Positions 51,854 through 60,915 of a DNA stretch of 64,000 nt are shown here, in pieces. A program made the position numbers and the translations under genes. Under the pieces are notes generated by a model. The model saw only the letters and a program-made list of their open reading frames with translations. It did no database searches and was not told the DNA's origin. The stretch comes from Armatimonadota bacterium. Its GTDB lineage: Bacteria; Armatimonadota; SYMT01. How positions within the stretch are numbered: position 1 is the first letter of the stretch; each line of letters begins with the position of its first letter. The DNA lies in assembly GCA_041690135.1 (NCBI GenBank), contig JAWLHY010000015.1:143820-207819 (forward strand). Reading direction: 5' to 3'.

Positions 51854-52720
51854 TCACCCCAACCCCGCCTGCGCGAAGACCTGGTCGAGGGTCTCGCGGG
51901 TTTTGATGGCGGCGGCGAGGGGGTCCTGCGCGGCGAGGTCGCGGAGGGATTGGCTGAACGGCTCGACTGTTACGGGGCCGTCGTAGCCGATCTCGTGAAG
52001 GATCTTGAGCAGCTCGCCGTTGGGGATGAGGCCGGTCTCGCCGGGGAGGCAGCGCTGGTTGTCGATCTGGTCCAGCAGGTCCACTCCTGCCGGAGCATCG
52101 TTGATGTGGACGTAGACGACATCGTCGGCGGTGAGCTGGCGGACGTCGTCCAGGGTGCTGCGGGACGTGTACCAGTGCCAGCCGTCGAAGAGCAGGCCGA
52201 CGTTGCCGGTGCCGATGGCGCAGCAGAGGGCCAGCATGCCGTCCATGGTGTGGATGAAGCCGTAGCGGTGGGAGGCGCGGAGGGTGCGCGGGCCGATGAA
52301 CTCCAGGCCGAGCCGGTGGTTATAGTCGAGCAGGATCTCGGCGGCGAGACCGAACCGGCGGACCACCTGGTCGAAATGCTCCTGGCGGGGCAGCTCGTCG
52401 CTGAAGGGAAGAACCCAGGTCATGGTCCGGTAGCAGCCCAGGTCGGCGGCCAGCCGGGCCTGCGCGTGGAGGCGCCCCAGGCTCTCGAAGAACTCCTGCT
52501 CGGAGGCGCGCCAGTTCACCGGGAAGGACCAGCCGCCGATCTTCAGACCGCGGTCCGCATAGGCGGCACGGACCGCCTCCACGCCCTGGTCGGCGGCCAT
52601 GCGCTCGGCGTCCGCCAGGCTGAGGTCCGCTCCCTCGAAGCCGGCCTGCTGGGCCAGGTCCAGCCCCTCCAGCCAGCCGCACTTGATCCCGATCGCCCCG
52701 GGCGTGAGGTTCTTGAACAT
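51854..52720 (-). CDS. Sugar phosphate isomerase/epimerase (xylose isomerase-like TIM barrel)
   Basis: GLEF.GP, D.WHW, VHIND, R.LPG..G, YDGPV.VE. Confidence 0.88.
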   Translation of the reverse strand: MFKNLTPGAIGIKCGWLEGLDLAQQAGFEGADLSLADAERMAADQGVEAVRAAYADRGLKIGGWSFPVNWRASEQEFFESLGRLHAQARLAADLGCYRTMTWVLPFSDELPRQEHFDQVVRRFGLAAEILLDYNHRLGLEFIGPRTLRASHRYGFIHTMDGMLALCCAIGTGNVGLLFDGWHWYTSRSTLDDVRQLTADDVVYVHINDAPAGVDLLDQIDNQRCLPGETGLIPNGELLKILHEIGYDGPVTVEPFSQSLRDLAAQDPLAAAIKTRETLDQVFAQAGLG

Positions 52721-52771
52721 CACCGTTGATCTCCTGAATGGTCGTGGCGCACCAGGTAATCTTATATCGTG

Positions 52772-52880
52772 GGCGTGATGCGTATTGCGTATTGCGTAGG
52801 GGGGACGTGACTTTGGGCGGTGGGGAGGTAGGAGGGCGGCTTTCGGACAAGTGCGCGATGCGTGATGCGTGATGCGTGAA
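52772..52880. repeat. Heptamer tandem repeats TGCGT(A/G)(A/T)
   Basis: cgtgatgcgtattgcgtattgcgtag; cgcgatgcgtgatgcgtgatgcgtga; inverted partner acgcatcacacatcacgc at ~51759-51776. Confidence 0.8.
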
Positions 52881-53106
52881 GGTTTGGGGCTTGAGTTGGG
52901 ATCGGTCAGCTCAAGGTTGGTGGCAACACGGAACGGGTACGGGCGCTGCTGCGCGGGCCAGCACGAAAACGCGAAAGGGCGAAGAACGCGAAAGGGAGAA
53001 CGCACAGGTGCGAACCCGAAGTCTAGTGGGTCACCCATTCCAGAATACCGATTGGCCGCGCCCGCTCTGTGCAACGACAGGACCGGCTACTGGTGAGCGG
53101 CATGTG

Positions 53107-53217
53107 CTTTGAGCTTGCACCTGTGGATGTAGGGCGGAAGCTCTGTCACCGCCGGGCCACGTCTTGCACCCGTCGTGTCGTGTGGAAGGCGACTCCGGCC
53201 GCTGCGAGAGCGAATTG
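53107..53217 (+). repeat. Second copy of ~110-bp GTAG-core element
   Basis: Matches reverse complement of 36723-36836. Confidence 0.8.
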
Positions 53218-53300
53218 GGAACACGCGTCCTAATGGATGCACAGTTGCGGCTGCTCGTTTGTGATGTTGAGCAGGATACAATTTCGCAATGGTACCCCGA
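53206..53300 (+). pseudogene. C-terminal remnant of XisH-family gene
   Basis: ESELGTRVLMDAQLRLLVCDVEQDTISQWYP resembles the XisH C-terminus and overlaps the XisI start. Confidence 0.55.
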
Positions 53301-53624
53301 GAGCAGTACCCCGAAATCGCGAAACAGGTCATTCGAGAGTATGCCGCATTGCCGCCTTCGCTAGGTCAGGTCGACGTTGAAACCGTTTTTGCGGACGAGC
53401 AGGGTCACTACGAGCTGACCTAAAGCGGGTGGGATCGGTGGCGGCGGATTCACGGGATGGTGATCCACGTGGACATCCGGGACGGGAAGATCTGGATCCA
53501 GCATGATGGAACGGAGGAGGGGATCGCGAACGACCTGATGGCGGCGGGTGTGCCGCAGTCGGACATCGTGCTGGGATTCCATCCGCCGAGTGAGCGCGCT
53601 TACACGCCCTTTGCGGTAGGTTAG
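53289..53624 (+). pseudogene. XisI-family gene interrupted by an in-frame TAA
   Basis: ..GHYELT*SGW...RIHG.VIHVDI.DGKIWIQHDGTEEGIA.DL.AAGVP..DIVLGFHPP..R.YT.FAVG; stop at 53421-53423. Confidence 0.88.
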
Positions 53625-53651
53625 GGTCGGTCGGGAGAGGGAAGCGGTGAG

Positions 53652-54713
53652 ATGAACGTGGGGATTATCGGGGCGGGGGGCATTGCGCAGAAGCTGCACC
53701 TGCCGCAGATCGTGCAGATGCCGGAGATGCGGGTGACGCACCTTTCCGGTCGCAAGGAGAGCCGTTTGCGGACGCTGGCGGAGCGGTTCGACGTGCCGTA
53801 CTGGAGCACGGACTACCGGGCGCTGCTGGCGGATGACGCACTGGACGGGATCATCCTGGCGCTACCTCACCCGCTCCACGTGCCGATAGGGCTGGAAGTG
53901 CTGGCCGCCGGAAAGCACCTGCTGATGCAGAAGCCGCTGTGCGGGGACATGGAAGAAGCGGACGCGTTCGCGGAGGCGACGGGGCGCACGGACCGGACGG
54001 TGCTGGTGATGCCGCATTTCGCTCCGGAGATCTACCGGACCCGCGACATGCTCCGGGAGGGCGTAATCGGCAAGCCGTCCGGCGCGCACTGCCGCACGAG
54101 TCACGGCGGGCCGGAGGTTTACTACTCGGAGGTGCGGGACGGGTTCGGCGAGAAGAACGACGACCTGTGGTTCTTCGACGCGAAACAGGCGAGTGTGGGC
54201 GCGCTATTCGACATGGGCGTGTACGCCGTGGCGGCCCTGGTGGCGGCGCTCGGCAGCGTGAAGGCCGTGATGGGACAGGTGGCTACCCTGGACAAGCCGA
54301 CGGAACTCGAAGACACCGCCACCCTCATCCTACAGTTTGCGAACGGCGCCATCGCCACCGCGGAGACCGGCTGGTGCGACCCGGCCCGCACCTGGCAGTT
54401 CCGGGTGCACGGAACCCGCGGGAAGATCACCATCCCGGGCCAGGACGGGGCGACGATGACGCACTGGGAGCCGGGCAGCTACACCCGGGAGGACCTGCCC
54501 CCGGTGCCGCACCCGGTGGACGCCTCCGCGAGCAGCCGTGGGAACGTGCACGAGCACTGGCTGCAGTGCATCCGGGAGAACCGCCAGCCGGAACTGAGCC
54601 ACGCCTGGGCGGCGCGACACGTGACGGAGATCCTGCTGGCGGGGCTGGAGTCGTCGCGCACGGGGCAGCGGGTGGAAATCCGGAGCGGAGCCGATAAGGA
54701 CCCGGGAAGATAA
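53652..54713 (+). CDS. Gfo/Idh/MocA-family oxidoreductase
   Basis: GIIGAGGIA, P...H, GKHLLMQKP, GALFDMGVY, EDTA. Confidence 0.92.
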   Translation: MNVGIIGAGGIAQKLHLPQIVQMPEMRVTHLSGRKESRLRTLAERFDVPYWSTDYRALLADDALDGIILALPHPLHVPIGLEVLAAGKHLLMQKPLCGDMEEADAFAEATGRTDRTVLVMPHFAPEIYRTRDMLREGVIGKPSGAHCRTSHGGPEVYYSEVRDGFGEKNDDLWFFDAKQASVGALFDMGVYAVAALVAALGSVKAVMGQVATLDKPTELEDTATLILQFANGAIATAETGWCDPARTWQFRVHGTRGKITIPGQDGATMTHWEPGSYTREDLPPVPHPVDASASSRGNVHEHWLQCIRENRQPELSHAWAARHVTEILLAGLESSRTGQRVEIRSGADKDPGR

Positions 54714-54840
54714 GGATAAGGATAAAGAGGGACGGGTACTGGTCCTTGATGGTGGCGGGATGGCCCAAGAAGGGTGCGTGAGCACGGACCCTTCTTGAGT
54801 AGGAGCAAGTGTAGGAGTAGGAGTAAGAGTAAGAATCGGG
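54692..54840. repeat. Hexamer repeats (GATAAG)n and (GAGTA(G/A))n
   Basis: gataaggacccgggaagataaggataaggataaagaggg; gtaggagtaggagtaagagtaag. Confidence 0.8.
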
Positions 54841-54858
54841 TCCTTACAAGGAGAGGGC

Positions 54859-56898
54859 ATGGAGTATCCGCGGAGCCGGGTGGAGGAGGTCAGCGACGAA
54901 CTGCACGGGGTAGCCGTGGCGGACCCGTATCGCTGGCTGGAGGAGGGGGAGAGCGCCGAGGTCCGGGAGTGGACGGAGGCGCAGAACACGCTGACGGAAG
55001 CGGTGCTCGGGCAGTTTCCGGGGCGGGAGCGTATTCGAGAGCGCCTGACGGAACTTCTTTCGGTGGGGACGCTCACGAGCCCGGCGGTGCGGAAGGGTCG
55101 CTACTTCTATCAGCGCCGGGAGGGGGAGCAGAACCAGCCGGTCCTGTACTGGCGGCAGGGAAGCGGGGGTGAAGACCGGGTGCTGGTCGATCCCGCTGTT
55201 TACGAGGCGGACGGCACCGCGGCCCTCGACTGGTGGTTCCCTTCCCCGGACGGACGTCTCCTGGCCTACGGAATCTCGCACCAGGGGGATGAGAAATCCA
55301 CGCTCGGGATCCGGGTCGTGGAGACGGGCGAGGACCGGGAAGACCGGATCCCGCACACGCGCTTCACCTCGCTGGCCTGGCTTCCGGATGCGAGCGGGTT
55401 CTATTACACCCGCTACCCCGAGCCGGGGACCGTACCCCGGGGCGAGGAGAACTACTGGAAGAAGGTCTACTACCACGCCCTCGGCACCGATTGGCGCGAG
55501 GACCCGGTGGTCTTCGGGGAAGGCCGGGCGCGCGAGGATATGTACGGCGTCGACCTCTCGCCGGACGGACGCTGGCTGTGCGTCTCGGTGTTCCAGGGCT
55601 GGGCCAAGAGCGAGGTGTACCTGCTGGACCGGGCGCGCACCGGGGCGGAGTTCGTGCCCGTCGTCGAAGGGGTCGAGGCGCTCTTCGTGCCGTGCGCGCA
55701 GAACCGGTTCCTCTACCTTCTGACGAACGACGGGGCGCCGAACTACCGTATCTTCCGCATCGACCCGGAGCGCCCGGCACGGGAGTCGTGGGAGGAGATC
55801 GTTCCGGAAGGGCCGGAGGTGCTCGAAGGCCTGGGCGTGGTGGGCGGCCACCTGGTGTGCAACACCCTGCGCCGGGCCTGTTCCGGACTGCATCTTTTCA
55901 CCCTGGACGGCGCGCCGGTCCGGGAAGTGGAGCTGCCGGGCCCCGGAACGCTGTTCGGCTGGAACGGCGAGTGGGACGGCGACGAGCTCTATTACGGGTA
56001 CGTCTCCTTCACCCAGCCGCCCACGGTGTTCCGGCACTCGGTCGGCTCCGGCGCCACCGAGTTGTGGCAGCAGGTAGAGGCGCCGATCGACACCGACCGC
56101 TTTCTCACCCGGCAGGTGACCTATCCCTCTCGCGACGGGACGGAGATCTCCATGTTCCTCGTCCACCGTAAGGACCTGGAACTCGATGGCGAGCGCCCCA
56201 CGCTGCTGTACGGATACGGCGGGTTCAACGTGTCGCTGGGGCCTTCGTTCGTCCGCGGCGCCTATCTGCTGCTGGAGCGGGGAGGGGTCTACGCCATGGC
56301 CAACCTCCGCGGCGGTGGGGAGTACGGCGAAGCGTGGCACCGGGACGGAATGCTGGAGCGCAAGCAGAACGTATTCGACGACTGCATCGCCGCGGCGGAG
56401 TACCTGATCCGGGAGGGCTACACACGACCGGAGAAGCTGGCGCTCCAGGGGGGCTCGAACGGCGGCCTGCTGGTGGGAGCCGTCATTACCCAGCGGCCGG
56501 ACCTCTTCCGCGCCGGGGTCTGCCAGGTGCCGCTGCTGGATATGGTCCGCTACCACCAGTTCAGCATCGCCCGCCTCTGGATTCCCGAGTACGGCAGCGC
56601 GGATGACCCCGAGCAGTTCCAGATACTTCACGCCTACAGTCCCTACCATCGGATCAGGGAGGGGACCGCCTATCCGGCGATGCTGATCACCGCGGCCGAG
56701 TCCGATACTCGAGTCGACCCGCTCCACGCGCGCAAGTTCGGCGCCCGCCTGCAGGCGGCGAACGGGAGCCAGCACCCCATCCTGCTGCGGATCGAGACGC
56801 GCGCCGGACACGGGGCCGGGAAACCGCTGACCAAGGTGATCGAGGAGCAGACGAACGTGTGGAGCTTCCTCTTCCAGCAACTGGGGATCGAGCCGTGA
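54859..56898 (+). CDS. Prolyl oligopeptidase (S9A)
   Basis: DPYRWLE, YGYGGF, RGGGEYG, GGSNGG, D.RV.P.H, AGHG. Confidence 0.96.
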   Translation: MEYPRSRVEEVSDELHGVAVADPYRWLEEGESAEVREWTEAQNTLTEAVLGQFPGRERIRERLTELLSVGTLTSPAVRKGRYFYQRREGEQNQPVLYWRQGSGGEDRVLVDPAVYEADGTAALDWWFPSPDGRLLAYGISHQGDEKSTLGIRVVETGEDREDRIPHTRFTSLAWLPDASGFYYTRYPEPGTVPRGEENYWKKVYYHALGTDWREDPVVFGEGRAREDMYGVDLSPDGRWLCVSVFQGWAKSEVYLLDRARTGAEFVPVVEGVEALFVPCAQNRFLYLLTNDGAPNYRIFRIDPERPARESWEEIVPEGPEVLEGLGVVGGHLVCNTLRRACSGLHLFTLDGAPVREVELPGPGTLFGWNGEWDGDELYYGYVSFTQPPTVFRHSVGSGATELWQQVEAPIDTDRFLTRQVTYPSRDGTEISMFLVHRKDLELDGERPTLLYGYGGFNVSLGPSFVRGAYLLLERGGVYAMANLRGGGEYGEAWHRDGMLERKQNVFDDCIAAAEYLIREGYTRPEKLALQGGSNGGLLVGAVITQRPDLFRAGVCQVPLLDMVRYHQFSIARLWIPEYGSADDPEQFQILHAYSPYHRIREGTAYPAMLITAAESDTRVDPLHARKFGARLQAANGSQHPILLRIETRAGHGAGKPLTKVIEEQTNVWSFLFQQLGIEP

Positions 56899-57890
56899 AC
56901 TCGCTGCCGGCGCCCGCCCGCTACTACCCGTTTCACCGGGGGAAGTACGAGGTCTCCCCACGCCTCCAGTCCCTGGGAACCGCGTTCGGAAACGGGCCGG
57001 CGGACGGGCGCCTCTTGCAGCTCGACACCGAGTTTCCCACTTACCGGGAGAACAAGCTCGCCTGTCGCCGCGAGGATCGGGCGAAGTACTGCCGGACACA
57101 CGAGTACCAGCCCCAGGTCGCCGCACAGGTCGCCGGGACTCTCCTGGCGGATCTGGTCCGCGATTATCCGACCTGCTTCCAGGCCCGCGCGCAGGGAGCA
57201 GAGGGCCTGGAGCTCGACTGCCGCCTGACGGGTGAGACCCTGCGGTTCGGTCCGGGTATGACCCTGGTGGACGCCGCCGGACCAGAGGCGGTTTCCCCGC
57301 CGTACGCGGATGCCCTGGATGCCCTCGCCTGCCAGATCCAGGAAGACCTCGCCGTGGTCAGCACGGAGGCGGGCCGGGACTGGCTCTCCGCCGTCCACGT
57401 TTGCAGCCCGAGCGGCTGGGCGCCCGCGGAGAAGATCGGGCAGGACTTCGGGGCGCTGCACGACCCGGTGCCGGGGATGGAATCCCTAAGGCCCCTCGCC
57501 GGCAAGCTGGTGGACCTGATCGTCCACCGGGGCCCCCACGTCCGCTTCGTGTGGGGCATCTCGCCGGACAGACGACTGAACCGGCACCCCAAGCCGCCCG
57601 TGGGAATCTCCCCGGCGACGTGGCGCGGCCGTTACGATTGGTCGCAGCCGTCGCCGTTCGTGGTCCGGGTGGAGCGCCAGTGCCTCTACCCGCTACCGCA
57701 GGTGGGGGCGAGCCTGTTCTGTATCCGCCTCTCGTTCATCGACGCCGCGGAGCTGCGGACCGACGAAGAACGCCGCGCGCAGCTCCGGGCGGCGCTCCTC
57801 TCCATGTCACCCGCGAGCCGGACCTACAAGGGAGTCACGGAATGCTTCGAACCCCTCATCGCCTGGCTCGCTCGCCCACCGGAATACTGA
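56895..57890 (+). CDS. DUF3445 / heme-dependent oxidative N-demethylase alpha-like protein
   Basis: QEDL, C.PSGW...EKIG..F..LH.PVP, RFVW.I, RVERQ.L..LP, YKG; GTGA overlap with upstream gene. Confidence 0.85.
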   Translation: MNSLPAPARYYPFHRGKYEVSPRLQSLGTAFGNGPADGRLLQLDTEFPTYRENKLACRREDRAKYCRTHEYQPQVAAQVAGTLLADLVRDYPTCFQARAQGAEGLELDCRLTGETLRFGPGMTLVDAAGPEAVSPPYADALDALACQIQEDLAVVSTEAGRDWLSAVHVCSPSGWAPAEKIGQDFGALHDPVPGMESLRPLAGKLVDLIVHRGPHVRFVWGISPDRRLNRHPKPPVGISPATWRGRYDWSQPSPFVVRVERQCLYPLPQVGASLFCIRLSFIDAAELRTDEERRAQLRAALLSMSPASRTYKGVTECFEPLIAWLARPPEY

Positions 57891-58647
57891 CCTGGCGCTC
57901 CCACATCGCCAGCGCCAGTTCCCGCGGGCGAGCGCGGACGCCGGAGAGCGCGAAGAACTCGTATACGTTTTCCAGGTCCCGCAGCAGCAATTCGAAAGCT
58001 GTGGAGTTGTAGCGCGGATCCACGGCCTGCGGGAAATCGATGATCCGGACGTCCGCGGTCCTCTCTTCCGGCCGGACCACCAGAATGTTGTAGGGCGAGA
58101 GGTCTCCGTGGATGACGTTCTCCGACAGGCAGAGCTCCACGTTCCGCACGACCTGCTCGAACAGCCGCTGCGCCACGGGGGTCGATAACTCCACGGTGTG
58201 AAGAGGTGGGGCAGCAATCCCCTCATCGCCGAGGAACTCGATCAGGATGGCACTCTCGCCGCACGCCACGGGCCGCGGCACATCCGCCCCCGCCGCATGG
58301 AGCGTGCTCAGGGTGGCGAACTCATGCCCGATCCACATGCTGAACTGGGTTTCCCGTCCCTTGCGCGTCTTCTTCTCCATGGCGCGGCGGATCCGCCCAT
58401 CCAGCACCACACGTCCCTCCTGGTAAACGGCATCGTTCTGGAAGCCGCGGCCTTCGCGCGAACGGTAGACCTTTCCGGCGAGATAGCCGCCGCCCACCGA
58501 CGGTCCCCCCTCACAGCAATAGACTGTCGCCTCCTTGCCGCTCTTGACCACCCGCACGACGCGGGAGATCAATTCATCTTCCAGGAAGTCGACCAGCGCG
58601 TCCGGTACGCCGCCGCCCCTCCGTTTCCGATTCTTTTCCGGGAGCAA
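57856..58647 (-). CDS. RIO1-family serine/threonine kinase
   Basis: KSGKEATVY, KVYR, W...EF..L, IHGDLSPYNIL, IIDFPQAVD. Confidence 0.95.
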   Translation of the reverse strand: MLPEKNRKRRGGGVPDALVDFLEDELISRVVRVVKSGKEATVYCCEGGPSVGGGYLAGKVYRSREGRGFQNDAVYQEGRVVLDGRIRRAMEKKTRKGRETQFSMWIGHEFATLSTLHAAGADVPRPVACGESAILIEFLGDEGIAAPPLHTVELSTPVAQRLFEQVVRNVELCLSENVIHGDLSPYNILVVRPEERTADVRIIDFPQAVDPRYNSTAFELLLRDLENVYEFFALSGVRARPRELALAMWERQVSIPVGERARR

Positions 58648-58699
58648 TGCTCTTGATCCTCATCTTTTCAAGGTCGAGTGAATTGAACGGATGTGCCTG

Positions 58700-58740
58700 A
58701 TAAAGAATAACCCGACCGGGACATGGCCCCGGCCGGGTCA
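58700..58740 (-). terminator. Terminator-like hairpin upstream of RIO1 gene
   Basis: Minus strand tgacccggccggg-gccatgt-cccggtcgggtta then ttcttta. Confidence 0.7.
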
Positions 58741-58762
58741 TGGAGCATCTCTTCGGTAGGGA

Positions 58763-58804
58763 CTACCGCCGCCCTGCTCCGCGGGCGGATGTAAGGTTGA
58801 CCAT
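58763..58804 (-). CDS. Putative 13-aa leader peptide MVNLTSARGAGRR
   Basis: AAGGAGGT Shine-Dalgarno 7 nt upstream of ATG; stop 22 nt before hairpin. Confidence 0.6.
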   Translation of the reverse strand: MVNLTSARGAGRR

Positions 58805-58872
58805 AACATCCACCTCCTTCCGCGGACCGGTTCACCGGTCCGACTCCTGTGTCGCGCGGGGCGGGCAGGCTG

Positions 58873-59400
58873 CTAAACACAAGCCGGCTCCCGGTCCCAG
58901 TCTTCGTAGCGCCGGCGGATCTGGCGCATGTAGTAGGCCACGTTGGCGGAGGTGCAGCCGAGGACGCTGCCCGTCTCTCGCCAGGTGAGGCCGTCCAGCA
59001 GGCAGTCGACGATCTCCCGCTGGGTGGAGGTGAGCTGCGCCTTGAACTCGCTGACGGTAGCCCCGTCGACGGCATCCGTCGCGGGCTCGGCGGCGGGATC
59101 TCGCTCCAACTCGCCGTCCAGCGACTGGCAGCGGCGGACACGCGCGCGGCGAATCGCATCCAGGAGGCGCCAGCGGGCACGCTTGATCAGGTGCTGCTCG
59201 GGGGAGCCGATCCGCAGGTCGAGGCCCGGAATCGCTTCCAGCACGCCCAACCAGGCTTCCTGGAGCAGGTCGTCGCTATCCTCGCCGCAGCGCCGGGCGT
59301 AGTAGGCCGCCATCCGCTCCAGCCGCGGGCGCAGCGCATCCACGACTTCACCGGTCGCTATCGGGTCGCCAAAAGTGGCACGTTCTATGGTCTGGTTCAT
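58873..59400 (-). CDS. Sigma-70-family (ECF-like) RNA polymerase sigma factor
   Basis: DDLLQEAWL (region 2), LLDAIRR, LT..QREIV.....GLT.RE....LG.T (region 4 HTH). Confidence 0.85.
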   Translation of the reverse strand: MNQTIERATFGDPIATGEVVDALRPRLERMAAYYARRCGEDSDDLLQEAWLGVLEAIPGLDLRIGSPEQHLIKRARWRLLDAIRRARVRRCQSLDGELERDPAAEPATDAVDGATVSEFKAQLTSTQREIVDCLLDGLTWRETGSVLGCTSANVAYYMRQIRRRYEDWDREPACV

Positions 59401-59427
59401 GGCTTCGGGTCAAGTTCGGTCAGTAAG

Positions 59428-59466
59428 AAACGCAAAAAGGCCGCAGGCAGCATGCTGCCCGCGGCC
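59428..59466 (-). terminator. Attenuator terminator upstream of sigma gene
   Basis: Minus strand ggccgcgggcagc-at-gctgcctgcggcc followed by tttttgcgttt. Confidence 0.85.
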
Positions 59467-59536
59467 CGAAACTGATCGGGGTCGCCCGGTGAACCAGTCT
59501 TTGGCTGTCGGCCCCATTGGGGCGGACTAAAGCCGG

Positions 59537-59614
59537 TTAGCGATGAGGATTCACCGGGCAGCGGCGGGCAAGGCGCACGCGCTTATCTCGAAGGGTGGCT
59601 ACGATCATCAACAT
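59537..59614 (-). CDS. Putative 25-aa leader peptide MLMIVATLRDKRVRLARRCPVNPHR
   Basis: AAGGAG RBS 6 nt upstream; overlaps alternative pairing segments; precedes terminator. Confidence 0.65.
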   Translation of the reverse strand: MLMIVATLRDKRVRLARRCPVNPHR

Positions 59615-59942
59615 CTAACGCTCCTTCAGCCCGGTGGGGCTCAAAACTGCGGTCATTCTACAGGAAGGCTGCCCGCTCTGTCACTAGACCTTCCAAAATA
59701 GGTAGTGGGGTGGACGACGAGTCCCCTCACGCTCCCGAAGGCCTCTATCGCGTGAGGCGGCGCCGGCGCTAAAGGAGTTTTCAGAATTTTTTTCGGGTGA
59801 TCAGTGGGGGCTCTGAGTTAGCGGGTTGGAAGCCCCCCTCGGGGGCCAGGGGTTGAACGTTGAAGTCCCTTGGCGGCCAAGGGCTTTCCGAGGTGCGGGA
59901 GGGTACAATCTCCGAGGCGGTGTGGAAAGGAGAGAGGGGACT

Positions 59943-60755
59943 ATGCCGTTGCCATTGGACCTGGTGCTGGTGCGCCATGGGGAGTCGGAGGGGAACGTGG
60001 CCTCGCGGCGGACGCTGGCGGGGGACAATAGCTGTTTCACGCCGGAGTTCCTGGCCCGGCATAGCTCGCAGTGGCGGCTGACGGACCGGGGCGTCCGGCA
60101 GGCGGAGGCGGCGGGAGCCTGGATCCGGGAGAACCTGTGGACCGATTTCGACCGGTACTATGTCTCCGAGTACCTGCGGGCCAAGGAGACGGCCGCGCAC
60201 CTGGGGCTGCCGGAGGCGGTGTGGTTCTCGGACTTCTACCTGCGGGAGCGGGACCGCGGCGACTGGGACGTGATCACCTACGAGGAGCGAATCAACCGGT
60301 ACCCGGAATCGGTCCGCGAACAAGAGGCGGAGCCGTTCTTCTGGACACCGCCGAACGGGGAATCGCTGGCCCAGCTCTGTCTGCGGATCGACCGGGTGCT
60401 CCACACCCTGCACCGGGAGTGCGGCCAGATGCGGGTGATCGTGGTTTGCCACGGAGAGGTGATGAAAGCGTTCCGGGTCCGGCTGGAGCGGATGACCCAG
60501 AAGGACTATCACGCGCTGCACGCCTCCCGAGATCCCCAGGACCGCTACCGCAATGGGCAGGTGGTGCACTACACCCGGCGCAATCCCCGCGATCCCGGAG
60601 CAGAACCCGCGCCCTACCTGAACTGGGTTCGAACCGTGTGCCCCTGGGACCCGGACCCCTCTGCCGACGCATGGCGCGAGATCGGGCGGCCCCGGTTTAC
60701 GAATGAGGAACTGCTGGAGGAGGTGCGGCGGGTCCCGCGGCTGGTCGAAGGATGA
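59943..60755 (+). CDS. Histidine phosphatase / phosphoglycerate mutase family protein
   Basis: LVRHGESEGN, LT..G..QA, S.Y.RA.ETA, LRER..G, GES, VCHG. Confidence 0.92.
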   Translation: MPLPLDLVLVRHGESEGNVASRRTLAGDNSCFTPEFLARHSSQWRLTDRGVRQAEAAGAWIRENLWTDFDRYYVSEYLRAKETAAHLGLPEAVWFSDFYLRERDRGDWDVITYEERINRYPESVREQEAEPFFWTPPNGESLAQLCLRIDRVLHTLHRECGQMRVIVVCHGEVMKAFRVRLERMTQKDYHALHASRDPQDRYRNGQVVHYTRRNPRDPGAEPAPYLNWVRTVCPWDPDPSADAWREIGRPRFTNEELLEEVRRVPRLVEG

Positions 60756-60915
60756 GGCCGGTGGGGGTTGATGAACCGCCAAGACGCAAAGAACGCCAAG
60801 AAGGGGAAGAGGAGAAGGTAAAGGTTTTGGCAGTCGGGCTTTCAGGCGGTCGGTGGTCAGGTGTTTGGGTGGTCAGGCACCCCTGTGGGGCGTAAATGTT
60901 CGGGTGTTAAGCCAT

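Noticed and set aside
53421-53423. Selenocysteine/pyrrolysine recoding in XisI
   Set aside because: The stop is TAA, not TGA or TAG
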